Assembly: GCA_944387445.1 (NCBI GenBank)
Contig: CALXEX010000001.1
Coordinates: forward strand, 870 to 64,869
Length of the DNA: 64,000 bases
Direction: 5' to 3'
Origin: an uncultured Clostridia bacterium
Lineage (GTDB): Bacteria; Bacillota; Clostridia; TANB77; CAG-508
Position numbers and translations under genes: made by a program. The notes beneath the pieces were generated by a model. That model did not search any database, was not told the DNA's origin, and saw only the letters and a program-made list of their open reading frames with translations. Below are positions 50,601 through 57,532 of the stretch, piece by piece. Each line of letters begins with the position of its first letter. The stretch's first letter is position 1.

Positions 50601-50672
50601 TATTAATAATACCGCTATAATGACAATTGCTACAATTGTTTTTTTGTCTGGCACTTTTGTATAACCTGCCAT
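44679..50672 (-). CDS. Giant surface protein: N-terminal TM anchor, Thr-rich stalk, multiple DUF11 repeats, five CnaB-type domains, further DUF11-like repeats and a C-terminal vWA domain
   Basis: 1997-aa ORF. Anchor is IVAIVIIAVLLIAAIVGTVVFL. DUF11 pattern is PGETITYTITVQN...V.D.IPEGTTYV. CnaB pattern is LTATIELLRDGEPTTP...YTYSVKE. vWA MIDAS-like motifs are VVLVVDMTLSLG and AILITDGNNN. No C-terminal LPXTG seen. Confidence 0.85.
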   Translation of the reverse strand: MAGYTKVPDKKTIVAIVIIAVLLIAAIVGTVVFLKNRGTTEATDLASYNEQTTGTTQEEQPTTTDTQEQSGEPATQSAEEQATEGTEPATTEPTETADADTTTTGGANQGTAGTGATGTTGATGTTTGTTTGETGITTTTDNIQETTISREETVTIPERLVAEGEDKIWTPRELQASFASAYSNIDSVEPTDVAVTKTATTQSGSTLVQPGETITYTITVQNKTNEKIERIYVTDAIPEGTTYVSSMGDVETFTDAEGNVTSLRWLVDVDASTEEVKGTTTVEFTVRVNDDATGTISNVAIANGEESNEGNPTETSIIKTDKTSVITRKGTPVNVAKVGDIITYTISVENTGKVPGSIIVKDKELANILKNAKMHGNVTVGDKTYSADELISGILVDVAENSTAKVVFSVEVTNIDGVIANVALIGDNEKPTDTEEVNTVDITATKKADKTSVKVGEQIKYTIELTNKGNQAGTVILRDSTPNGTEFESATLFDGEGNEQTTITEAQLTSGNYSIAVPGEKTVKVEIVVTAVEKTVENDYTSKVQNTAYITEDPNTPEEPVPSEETKVANITAVKSSAYEGKELHELDVITYTITLTNHGETAGTVKVSDTVPEGTTLVPDSIKVNNQGNYEEKQLNEGIDVTVAENGGTATVTFSVRVNPFTGTDTKVIRNADAKVDGTPTNQTEDTVIKEYEQISGEKKWITDKNVNTLTATIELLRDGEPTTPPTTTTVTGNNTYAFNKLDKYDLTDGHEYTYSVKELIVDGFTTLKDENNFTNIDENATTSIGGTKTWITPVEDVNTLTATIELLRDGEPTTPEATTTTVTGNGTYSFNNLPKYDLTDGHEYTYSVKEVPVPGYDTNQVRNDFTNIIKQEYTAGISGTKTWVTPEDPSTLTATIELLRDGNPTTPEATTTTVTGNGTYSFTGLPRYNLETGKEYKYSVREVAVTGYDTTQDGNNFTNTIQPGSQTIEGTKKWDDDSNRDGKRPTKITVILNYRVGTEGEFKEYARMDVEADQNGEWKYSFANVPKYENGVEIEYQIAEETIPESKYTVSVDPENKYNLINKYTPETIDIHGQKTWDDVNNHDGKRPEEIKVNLLANDNIVQSKIVKESDNWEYTFEDVPKYSNGKEIKYTVSEDEVVGYKATVTSYDITNRREVPDITIKKTAEQVILNGTQTPNIIDQNKVTEKGTETVYDSQAVNNGDTIIYNIVVKNEGNVTLNDVNVTDERLVNIVSVTPIDNGEMGTPKNVNKSTDNINDNLLNTANVSTTIEPNDGYILTLSYKVQLSDVANVDEMSNTANVTSKETPEEESTATVMVDYDLESSIKKEITKVNKTPTKPGVEDKETNTITYNDKANKTDVLTYKITATNSGNITIKDFKLTDDRDVTVVSATVLPAGTNITINNPAKIEGEDLLEGQKATLEPGETVEVVVTYEIGSMDRDNTDKDTLPIENIATMTGNAENRTEGEDPTTPIEKDATAIITANMKSDIEIHKYSDTNGKEIKVGSTITYKVVLENNSPVPGKTTVKEEIPANTELTEDGIRVTTTGGETTKLSDAQIEDMKNGKLELSVPGNGKVTITFTVKVMNEALGTTITNQATDGEGNTSEKITNNAMKEINIYETKTELGQQSVVLVVDMTLSLGSKVDASKDETDVLATGGYQNTRWYQLKTALDNFVESYLGDNIGEKRSIAIVGFCDGVVLNTGFMTDPEKVKDQYRYRFTETQYNAAIDFAEYCSKQKDPEKAFKKIFEDNGKGSSYSDKSKFKDNGDGTYVIDVDLLQILDKTSSYIGYKVTKPGLQSGTNIASGLKVAKEKVKSQVDKDIVTSAILITDGNNNKGDSSKVDDYAKEIRNQKVNGIKSKLYAIGFTKASDDLDDLLNGQYDEKIFNAYNTKDLENAFKDIEESEDINKEHNLRTVTGKGTVLLSDKGKNINIANNAEITIYTGNNIDNAPIKVVLNGAEFKSNYVTNNEFDLKKFLREYGVPEDATINMQIYTVE
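47790..48600. repeat. Three tandem ~273-280-nt near-identical coding repeats (CnaB-type domains)
   Basis: Long identical runs recur near 47845, 48118 and 48398, for example ccatctcttaataattcaatcgttgctgttaatgta and ctatatgttccatttcctgttacggttgttgtggttgcttctggtgttgttgg. Confidence 0.85.
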
Positions 50673-50687
50673 CTTAATTCCTCCCTT

Positions 50688-51275
50688 TTACTCAATTTGT
50701 TTTGCTTTCAGTATTAATCGTTCTCTATTTCCGTTTGTACATGTAATGAGTGTTACTTCTCTTACCGTTTCATCATTTGTAGCTAGAATACGAACATCAT
50801 TTGGATCTGTAACAAATATATCGTAAATTTCGTATTGCATGGTTGTTTTTGTTAAATCTGTTAATTCTACAATATCACCAATTTCTAGATTTTTTGTTTT
50901 TCCAAACATGGTTCCATTGTAGTTATTATGTCCTGCAATTGACAAATTTCCGTAATCATTTACATTTCCACCCCAGTATCTCACAATGCCATATCGCATT
51001 GGTTCTTTTGTTTCTTCTGGGTTTGAAGTTTCTATTGCTAATATTGGATATTGAATATCAATTTTAGGGATTGTAACAATTCCTATGACATCATATCCAT
51101 TTAATTGTACTGTTTCGCTATCTTGTATTTCTACATTTGAAAAAGTCTCAAGTACTTCTTGATTTTCTTTTTCATTTTCCATGCTTTTCCATTGTTTCAT
51201 TGCAATTAATGCAATAATTACAATAGCACCTAATAATAATATGATAAATATGGCTCTATAAATTTTTAGTTTCAT
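50688..51275 (-). CDS. Sortase (small, membrane-anchored, class not assigned)
   Basis: 195-aa ORF with an N-terminal TM, catalytic His (SIAGHN), TLITC Cys motif and downstream Arg (RERLIL). The start overlaps the upstream stop (TAATG). Confidence 0.85.
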   Translation of the reverse strand: MKLKIYRAIFIILLLGAIVIIALIAMKQWKSMENEKENQEVLETFSNVEIQDSETVQLNGYDVIGIVTIPKIDIQYPILAIETSNPEETKEPMRYGIVRYWGGNVNDYGNLSIAGHNNYNGTMFGKTKNLEIGDIVELTDLTKTTMQYEIYDIFVTDPNDVRILATNDETVREVTLITCTNGNRERLILKAKQIE

Positions 51276-52282
51276 TATTTATCCTCTTTTTTGTTTAGCT
51301 TTTTCATTCTTGCAAAAACAATAATTAAAGCAATTACTATCATTGCTAAAGCTACAAATAATATAATGCTATCCCCTGTGATAGGTAGTTTTGCTGTTTC
51401 TTGAACAGTTTTTGTTTCTTGTTTTTCTGGTTCAACTTCCTTATATGGATTGATTTGTGATACCATTAATTTTGCATCTGTTGTTACTGTTGTTCCATCT
51501 TCTGCTGTTTTTCTAATTAAAACAACATATTGATCACCTTCAATAGCATCACTTGGTTGTCTGATTTCATTATCGGTAACAGCTGTCCAAGTAGCTCCTT
51601 CCATTAATTGATTATATAAGGTATAGAATTCAGAGGTTAATTGAATCTTTGAATACATGTCTTTTTGATCATAATTTTCAGAATTTAATTCATCTGCTAA
51701 TTCAACCAATCTGCTATATGGTGTATTGTCAGTCACTTTTGTTAGTTGGTATTCATATGTTGCATTGTCTGTATCTGTAATTCTTAACCCACCAACTGTA
51801 AGTGTTGTTTGAACACCATTAATCTCTTCGTTGATTTCTTCTAATTTTTCAACGGTTTCTGTACTAATTCTTTTGGTTGTGTTTTCAACATACTCCATGT
51901 CTGTCTTATCTAGGGCGTTTGATAAATCAAGTTCAAGTACTTCTGTTGATTCTTGACCATCATATTTTACATAAAGATATGTTGTATCTCCTGTAACAGC
52001 ATTTGCATCAATTTGTGCTACATAATTTCCTTCTCCATCTCTTGCTGTTACAAAGTCCAAATCTTGTTCTGGTGTACTTGCACTGTTAGATACTGCAGAA
52101 GCAAAATTTGTTTGCATTAATTCTTGAATATATACTATATATTCTGTATCACCTTGCTCATCAGTATTACTGATTATTTGAATATTTTCTTCATTTGTAA
52201 CTGCTAAAACTATCATAGGTACTAGCATAAGTATAATGAATAAAACGATAGCACCCGTAAGTTTTGCTTTAAAACTCTTCAT
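51275..52282 (-). CDS. LPITG cell-wall-anchored surface protein
   Basis: 335-aa ORF with a signal peptide and a C-terminal sorting signal: LPITG, a hydrophobic helix, then RMKKLNKKEDK. Confidence 0.8.
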   Translation of the reverse strand: MKSFKAKLTGAIVLFIILMLVPMIVLAVTNEENIQIISNTDEQGDTEYIVYIQELMQTNFASAVSNSASTPEQDLDFVTARDGEGNYVAQIDANAVTGDTTYLYVKYDGQESTEVLELDLSNALDKTDMEYVENTTKRISTETVEKLEEINEEINGVQTTLTVGGLRITDTDNATYEYQLTKVTDNTPYSRLVELADELNSENYDQKDMYSKIQLTSEFYTLYNQLMEGATWTAVTDNEIRQPSDAIEGDQYVVLIRKTAEDGTTVTTDAKLMVSQINPYKEVEPEKQETKTVQETAKLPITGDSIILFVALAMIVIALIIVFARMKKLNKKEDK

Positions 52283-52325
52283 AAATACTCCCCCTAAATA
52301 ATATTTTTTAGAAATTTACGCCCAT

Positions 52326-52334
52326 ATTATATCA
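52326..52334 (-). promoter_or_regulatory. Extended -10 promoter element of the sortase/adhesin operon
   Basis: Minus-sense sequence reads TGTGATATAAT, about 45 nt upstream of the ATG. RBS is GGGGGAG. Confidence 0.45.
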
Positions 52335-52598
52335 CAATTGTTTTCAAAAGTATACCTTTTTTTGGATTTTTTTCTATTTCCGTAAGGTTTTAGCATTTTT
52401 TTATGTCGAATTTTTTCATATTTTGCATTTTAGTTTTACCAAAACCAGATGCAAAAAAATCACGATGCTATTTCTATTCAATTCACAACACCATGATTTT
52501 ATTCTATTTTATTTCATAAGAATATTCCTATTTCATTATTTTCTTTGATAATATTTGATTAATATTCTATCATTACTTATACTTTAAGTTAAACTTTT

Positions 52599-53702
52599 TT
52601 AAACAATTTCATAGTCTAACAACTCTACTTGATTACTTATAAAGCTCACATCTTTTCCTGTCTCTTTTCCTAAATCCGTAGATAAATATTTTTTATTATC
52701 ATCAGCAAAAACCGTAACAATACTTTCTATTTTATTTTCATCTAAAACTTTCTCTCCATTTCTTTCTACTTTTCCTTCCACATTTTCCTCAAATCTTTCT
52801 TGTATCAATACAGCACCTATCAAATTTGCACCTGATGAAATGCCCACACCTAATCCTAATTCTTTTGCCAACTTTCTTGTCATATTGATGGCATCCTCAT
52901 CATTGATTAATATGATATCTTTTTCAATGATATTTTCATTTCTTTTAAATATATCTGGTACAAAATCATCCCCAATACCTTCTATCTTATGTTGTTCTAG
53001 GATTTTGTTATGCGACAAAATTCCCATTCTTTCTTCCTGTAACGCTTCTTTCCCTTGTTTTTCGACGTTCATAGAATTTGACAATATCGGCATTTTTTCT
53101 GGTTCTAATGCATATATTTTTATGTGATTATTTGCTTCTTTCAATCGCTTTCCTATCCCGATTAATGTTCCACCTGTTCCTACACCAGAAACAAATCCGC
53201 CAATTTTCTTTTCTTCTAATTGCTCTAAAATTTCTTTTCCTGTTGTTTCATAATGTGCTAATATGTTATCTTCGTTTTCAAATTGATTTGCTAAAAAACC
53301 ATTTAGGTCTTTTGCGAGTTTTTTTGCCTCTTCTACACATTTTATAAAACCGCCTTCTTCTTTTGAAATCAATCTTATATTGGCACCATATAATTTCATC
53401 AATTCAATTCTTTCTTTGCTTGCCCAGTCTGGCATAAAAATATATACAGGATGCTTATAGTAGGCACCTAATGCTGATAAAGAAATTCCTGTATTTCCAC
53501 TTGTTGCTTCTATAATTGGCATTCCGTCTTTTAATATACCCTTTTCTTTTGCATTTTTTATAATATAATAGGCTACCCTATCTTTTATACTACCTGTTAT
53601 ATTATACATTTCTAGTTTTACATATACATTACTTTCTTTTCCTTTATATGTATATTTGATTTTTATCATTGGTGTGTTACCAATTAATGTATGATTCTTC
53701 AT
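52599..53702 (-). CDS. cysK: Cysteine synthase / O-acetylserine sulfhydrylase-family PLP enzyme with two insertions
   Basis: 367-aa ORF with GNTPMIKI, PLP-lysine SIKDR, SGNTGISLS and GVGTGGT. It carries about 20 extra residues before HKIEGIGDDF and about 18 extra before the C-terminal strand. Confidence 0.75.
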   Translation of the reverse strand: MKNHTLIGNTPMIKIKYTYKGKESNVYVKLEMYNITGSIKDRVAYYIIKNAKEKGILKDGMPIIEATSGNTGISLSALGAYYKHPVYIFMPDWASKERIELMKLYGANIRLISKEEGGFIKCVEEAKKLAKDLNGFLANQFENEDNILAHYETTGKEILEQLEEKKIGGFVSGVGTGGTLIGIGKRLKEANNHIKIYALEPEKMPILSNSMNVEKQGKEALQEERMGILSHNKILEQHKIEGIGDDFVPDIFKRNENIIEKDIILINDEDAINMTRKLAKELGLGVGISSGANLIGAVLIQERFEENVEGKVERNGEKVLDENKIESIVTVFADDNKKYLSTDLGKETGKDVSFISNQVELLDYEIV

Positions 53703-53864
53703 AAAGCGCTCCCCTTTCTTCTTTGCATATATTTTGTAAATTTTATTTTATGTTAGTATTGCTTGCTTTTATTCATTTCGTGCTATGATAGTATGATTTG
53801 CTTTTATGTATTATATTCAAAACTTGCTTTTTTGGATACTCAAAAACGTTGTTTTTTATGGTAT

Positions 53865-53908
53865 AGGAAAAAGCCATACAAATTTTACTAATCAAAAATT
53901 GTATGACT
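53865..53908 (-). terminator. Rho-independent terminator of the U32 peptidase gene
   Basis: The 10-bp stem has a G-U pair only when read on the minus strand (AGUCAUACAA / UUGUAUGGCU). It is followed by TTTTTCC. Confidence 0.6.
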
Positions 53909-53969
53909 TTTTTCTTATTGGATAAAAACTTTTCCTTTATATGAATTTTACTATATTAAATTTCATTTT

Positions 53970-55199
53970 TTATTTTTCTCTTCGAATAATCCAATCTTTT
54001 TCACATTTGATTGGTACTTTCATTAACACTTTTTGTCCTTTTACCCCTGGACTAACAGCTTGTATTTCTTCTTTTGTATCATAATCCCATAATTTATCAA
54101 TAGTAAATGGTACAGGTTCTAGCTTGTATGGAATCAAAATCTCCATTTTATCTCCAACTTGAAGTTTATTTTTTATCTCAATAACAGATTTTTCTTCATC
54201 ATATTCTACGACTTTTCCTCCAAATTCATACTTTTCATTGTATTGCCTTCCACCATATTCTTGTATATCCTTGTTATTTCTATCGTTGAAATAAAATGTG
54301 GTTAACCCTCTTGTTTTTACTTTTTCTAATTCTTTCAAATATTTTGTATAATCATAATGTTCTGGGTCTTTTTCATAGTCATCAATAGCATTTCTATAAG
54401 CCCCTATGACACTTGCTAGATAATATTCTGTTTTTAATCTTCCTTCTATCTTTAAACTATCTACTCCCATATCAATAATTTCTGGGATTTCTTTGATTAA
54501 GCACAAATCTTTTGAAGAAAAAATGCTTGTTCCATATTCACTTGTTTCTATTGGCATCAATTCTCCTGGATTGTTTTTTTCCTCTGCATATAAATTATAT
54601 GACCATCTACAACTTTGTGCACAATCTCCTAAATTTGCACTTCTACATGACATAAAATCACTTAAGAAACATCTTCCCGAAAAAGCAAAACAAATGGCAC
54701 CATGAATAAAGATTTCAATTTCCATCCCTTCTGGTTTATTTTCCATGATATATTTTAGCTGTTTCTTATTCATTTCTCTTGCCATAATCATTCTCTTGGC
54801 GCCATTGTGATACCAAAAGTTTGCTGAATGAAGACTTACAATATTGGCTTGCGTGCTCACATTGATGGCTACACTTGGTGCATATTGTTTTAATACTTCT
54901 ATAACCCCTCCGTCTGCTGCAATAATGCCATCTGGATTTAATACTTCTAATTTTTTTGCCATTTCTATGATTTCTTCATATTTTTCATCCCAAGCAAATA
55001 TATTTAAAGTTACATACACTTTTTTTCCAATACTGTGTGCATATTTGATTGTTTTTTCTAAATCATCATCTTGCATATCTGCTCTTGTTCTTAATGATAA
55101 TGATGAGGTTCCACAATATACCGCATCTGCTCCATACAAAAAGGCAATTTTGGCTTTTTCATAGGAACCTGCTGGTGCTAATAATTCTACTTTTTTCAC
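53970..55199 (-). CDS. Peptidase U32 family protein (TrhP/YrrO-like)
   Basis: VELLAPAGSYEKAKIAFLYGADAVY plus Cys-rich CRSANLGDCAQSCRW. The probable GTG start at 55199 is preceded by AAGAGGAAA. Confidence 0.8.
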   Translation of the reverse strand: MKKVELLAPAGSYEKAKIAFLYGADAVYCGTSSLSLRTRADMQDDDLEKTIKYAHSIGKKVYVTLNIFAWDEKYEEIIEMAKKLEVLNPDGIIAADGGVIEVLKQYAPSVAINVSTQANIVSLHSANFWYHNGAKRMIMAREMNKKQLKYIMENKPEGMEIEIFIHGAICFAFSGRCFLSDFMSCRSANLGDCAQSCRWSYNLYAEEKNNPGELMPIETSEYGTSIFSSKDLCLIKEIPEIIDMGVDSLKIEGRLKTEYYLASVIGAYRNAIDDYEKDPEHYDYTKYLKELEKVKTRGLTTFYFNDRNNKDIQEYGGRQYNEKYEFGGKVVEYDEEKSVIEIKNKLQVGDKMEILIPYKLEPVPFTIDKLWDYDTKEEIQAVSPGVKGQKVLMKVPIKCEKDWIIRREK

Positions 55200-55307
55200 T
55201 TTTTTTCCTCTTTTCTTTATTTTCTCATATTTACGCTTGACAAATTTTATCATAAAATTGCCTTTTTTACAACAATTTTCTAAATTCTTCTATTTTATTT
55301 AAATATG

Positions 55308-55316
55308 TGATATAAT
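55308..55316 (+). promoter_or_regulatory. Extended -10 promoter element of the 717-aa gene
   Basis: TGTGATATAAT is the same 11-mer as at the sortase operon promoter. It lies about 20 nt upstream of the ATG at 55335. Confidence 0.45.
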
Positions 55317-55334
55317 AGTAACGAGGTGAATAAA

Positions 55335-57485
55335 ATGGCTTTTAATCCAAAAAGTAAAGAAGAATTTTTAAATTCTTTAAAAGATATAGAAATCTATCGA
55401 CCACCAATAGAAAATTTTATTGAAAACTTTGTACCTGTTGGATTGTCTAATTTATATGAACTTTTTCTAAAATTAAAAGATGTTCCTCTTACTACTGCTC
55501 AATTTAATCTTCTTGCTAATAAAGTTTCTTCTAATTATTCAGAAAATGTTTCTAACTTATTGCATAATCCAATTACCAGTGTTCAAATTGATCAATTATT
55601 AGAACTGCTAAAACAGGAATATCTTACCATGGTTACATCTAACAATCAAAATCATCTATCAGAAGAAGAGCAATCTCATCTAACACAGATTATCAATAAA
55701 CAATGTCCAGAAATCTTTTTAGATTTAATTGAAACCCCTGTTAGTGTTGAGGAATTTAAAAAGCAAAAAGAATTTATAAATAATGCTGTTTCCAATCTTT
55801 TAGAACAATATTATCAACAAACCTCTCCTCATGCTCAGCAAAACTCATATTATTTAGGTAGTGCTATTTATTTGATTTATCGAAAATTAAATCCAGAACT
55901 TTCTATTTCTATTTCAGGGCGTGAAAAAGGTAGAAAAAGTTTTAATGACAATACGAATAAAGAATTAGATAAAAGTATAAAACACATTCTCCCTAGCGAT
56001 GTAAAAACAGGAATTACACTTTCTGATATGCAAAACCATATTGTTTCTAATTCAGAAAATCCAAATAATTTTACAGATAAAACCAATTCTGATTTTTCTG
56101 GTTTTACCATTGTGTTAAATTATATTGATGATGCCCTTCACCTTGATGAGAATGACCCTGAAAATGCAGAACTTTTAAAACTAAAAAAACAAGCAACTGA
56201 AAATTTAAGATTTTTACATAGTGTAAAAAATTATTTAAATGCAAATGATATTTTTATGACACAAGAGGAATATTTTCAAGTATATATAGAATTGTTACAG
56301 CACTTACAAGATAGTACTTATCCAGAGTGCACACATGAAATAAAAGAAGGTTCTTATTCTTCTAGATTAGAATATGCTATTGCAAATTATAAGAAAAATA
56401 TGGAAGCAAATTCATTTGCTCCTAATGCAACAGATGCTGAAATAGAAGAATTGTACAATCTTACTGATTGTTTAAAAAGAAGATTATATGATAAATTGCA
56501 AAACGAAATGTTAAGAATTACTTTCCCACATGTACTAGAAGACCCCATACTTACTGACAAATTTAAAATAAAAGGACATTTTGTTAAATTTGTCAAAAAA
56601 GAAAATGGTTTTTGTGCAATTTATTTTGAATTAGTTGACGCTTTTGGTCGAAAAACTGAAGTACAACTTCAATCTAGTATGCGATATAAAGAGACAAAAA
56701 ATGGACTTTCTACGCATAATGACATGCCTAATAAAAAAGTTGATATTAAACAATTTTTTGAATTAACAAACGATCGAAATGATCCTGATCTTCTTAACCA
56801 TTATCTTTCATTATTGGGAAGAACTTCAAAAAAACAAGAAGAAGATTTAAAGACGAAATTAAAGGAGGAAGAAGAAAAAATGTCTTCCCCTACGAGAACA
56901 CCAGCAGAAAAAAGAAACTCAAACATTACAATCCAAAGATTGCAAAAAAAGATTGATGCAATTGAAACTGCAAGAGCTAATATTAAAATCAAAGATGAAT
57001 ATATCGAAGAACATGATATGATTGATATGGATAAAACCAAGAAAGAAGAAAATGCTGAAATTATAAATGTAAATGGTGGTCCAATAAAAGTATATAATAC
57101 ACAAACACATAAGCGTGTTACGAAAATGCCAATTGAACAATATCTTCCTATATTTGCAGAATATTTATCTCCTGCTAGTATGAAAGTTATAAGCTCTGCA
57201 CATGCTACTGCTCCTGAGGCACATATTAATAAGAAAGATTTAATAGAAAGTTTCACAGAAATCCTACGAAAAGGAGATGAAATTACTTATCTTTCAGAAT
57301 TATTAATTGACAAGTTAAAAGAAATCTTAAATGTGAAAGATACAAATCAACTTTCTATGGAAGAAATTCTAAGTTATGTAGAAAATACTACAAATGGTTA
57401 TTATGCACCACAAGAAAAATTTTGGGATACGCCTAATGGCAACTCTGAAAATGGAAATGGAGAATATGAGGGTTCAGAAAGATAA
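55335..57485 (+). CDS. Large uncharacterised protein with a degenerate RelA/SpoT-type (small alarmone synthetase-like) nucleotidyltransferase core
   Basis: ISGREKGRKS fits RxKxxxS. DFSGFTIVLNYIDDA resembles DIAGLRIMCQFVDDI of RelQ. KKENGFCAIYFELV resembles KESGYRSYHLVV. TEVQLQS resembles VEIQIRT. A ~150-aa helical insert lies between the 2nd and 3rd motifs, and the N- and C-terminal regions are long and helical. The ATG at 55335 is preceded by GAGGTG. Confidence 0.45.
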   Translation: MAFNPKSKEEFLNSLKDIEIYRPPIENFIENFVPVGLSNLYELFLKLKDVPLTTAQFNLLANKVSSNYSENVSNLLHNPITSVQIDQLLELLKQEYLTMVTSNNQNHLSEEEQSHLTQIINKQCPEIFLDLIETPVSVEEFKKQKEFINNAVSNLLEQYYQQTSPHAQQNSYYLGSAIYLIYRKLNPELSISISGREKGRKSFNDNTNKELDKSIKHILPSDVKTGITLSDMQNHIVSNSENPNNFTDKTNSDFSGFTIVLNYIDDALHLDENDPENAELLKLKKQATENLRFLHSVKNYLNANDIFMTQEEYFQVYIELLQHLQDSTYPECTHEIKEGSYSSRLEYAIANYKKNMEANSFAPNATDAEIEELYNLTDCLKRRLYDKLQNEMLRITFPHVLEDPILTDKFKIKGHFVKFVKKENGFCAIYFELVDAFGRKTEVQLQSSMRYKETKNGLSTHNDMPNKKVDIKQFFELTNDRNDPDLLNHYLSLLGRTSKKQEEDLKTKLKEEEEKMSSPTRTPAEKRNSNITIQRLQKKIDAIETARANIKIKDEYIEEHDMIDMDKTKKEENAEIINVNGGPIKVYNTQTHKRVTKMPIEQYLPIFAEYLSPASMKVISSAHATAPEAHINKKDLIESFTEILRKGDEITYLSELLIDKLKEILNVKDTNQLSMEEILSYVENTTNGYYAPQEKFWDTPNGNSENGNGEYEGSER

Positions 57486-57524
57486 GAAAAAAGCTGATAT
57501 TCTAATCAATATCAGCTTTTTTTC
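57486..57524. terminator. Bidirectional rho-independent terminator
   Basis: 11-bp perfect stem AAGCTGATATT / AATATCAGCTT, flanked by an A-run and a T-run. Confidence 0.8.
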
Positions 57525-57532
57525 TTATTATC

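Noticed and set aside
53703-53864. Possible riboswitch or T-box leaders upstream of cysK (53703-53864), gltX (41146-41491) and purA (36909-37092)
   Set aside because: The regions are short, AT-rich and lack the conserved boxes I can recognise by eye (T-box specifier and T-box sequence, S-box, purine riboswitch junctions). This needs a covariance-model scan to be definitive.
55877-57256. Minus-strand ORFs (55877-56110, 56387-56596, 56801-57256, 56919-57140) inside the 717-aa gene
   Set aside because: They are antisense to a long ORF with an RBS, promoter and terminator. Their products are hydrophobic low-complexity strings typical of AT-rich antisense frames.
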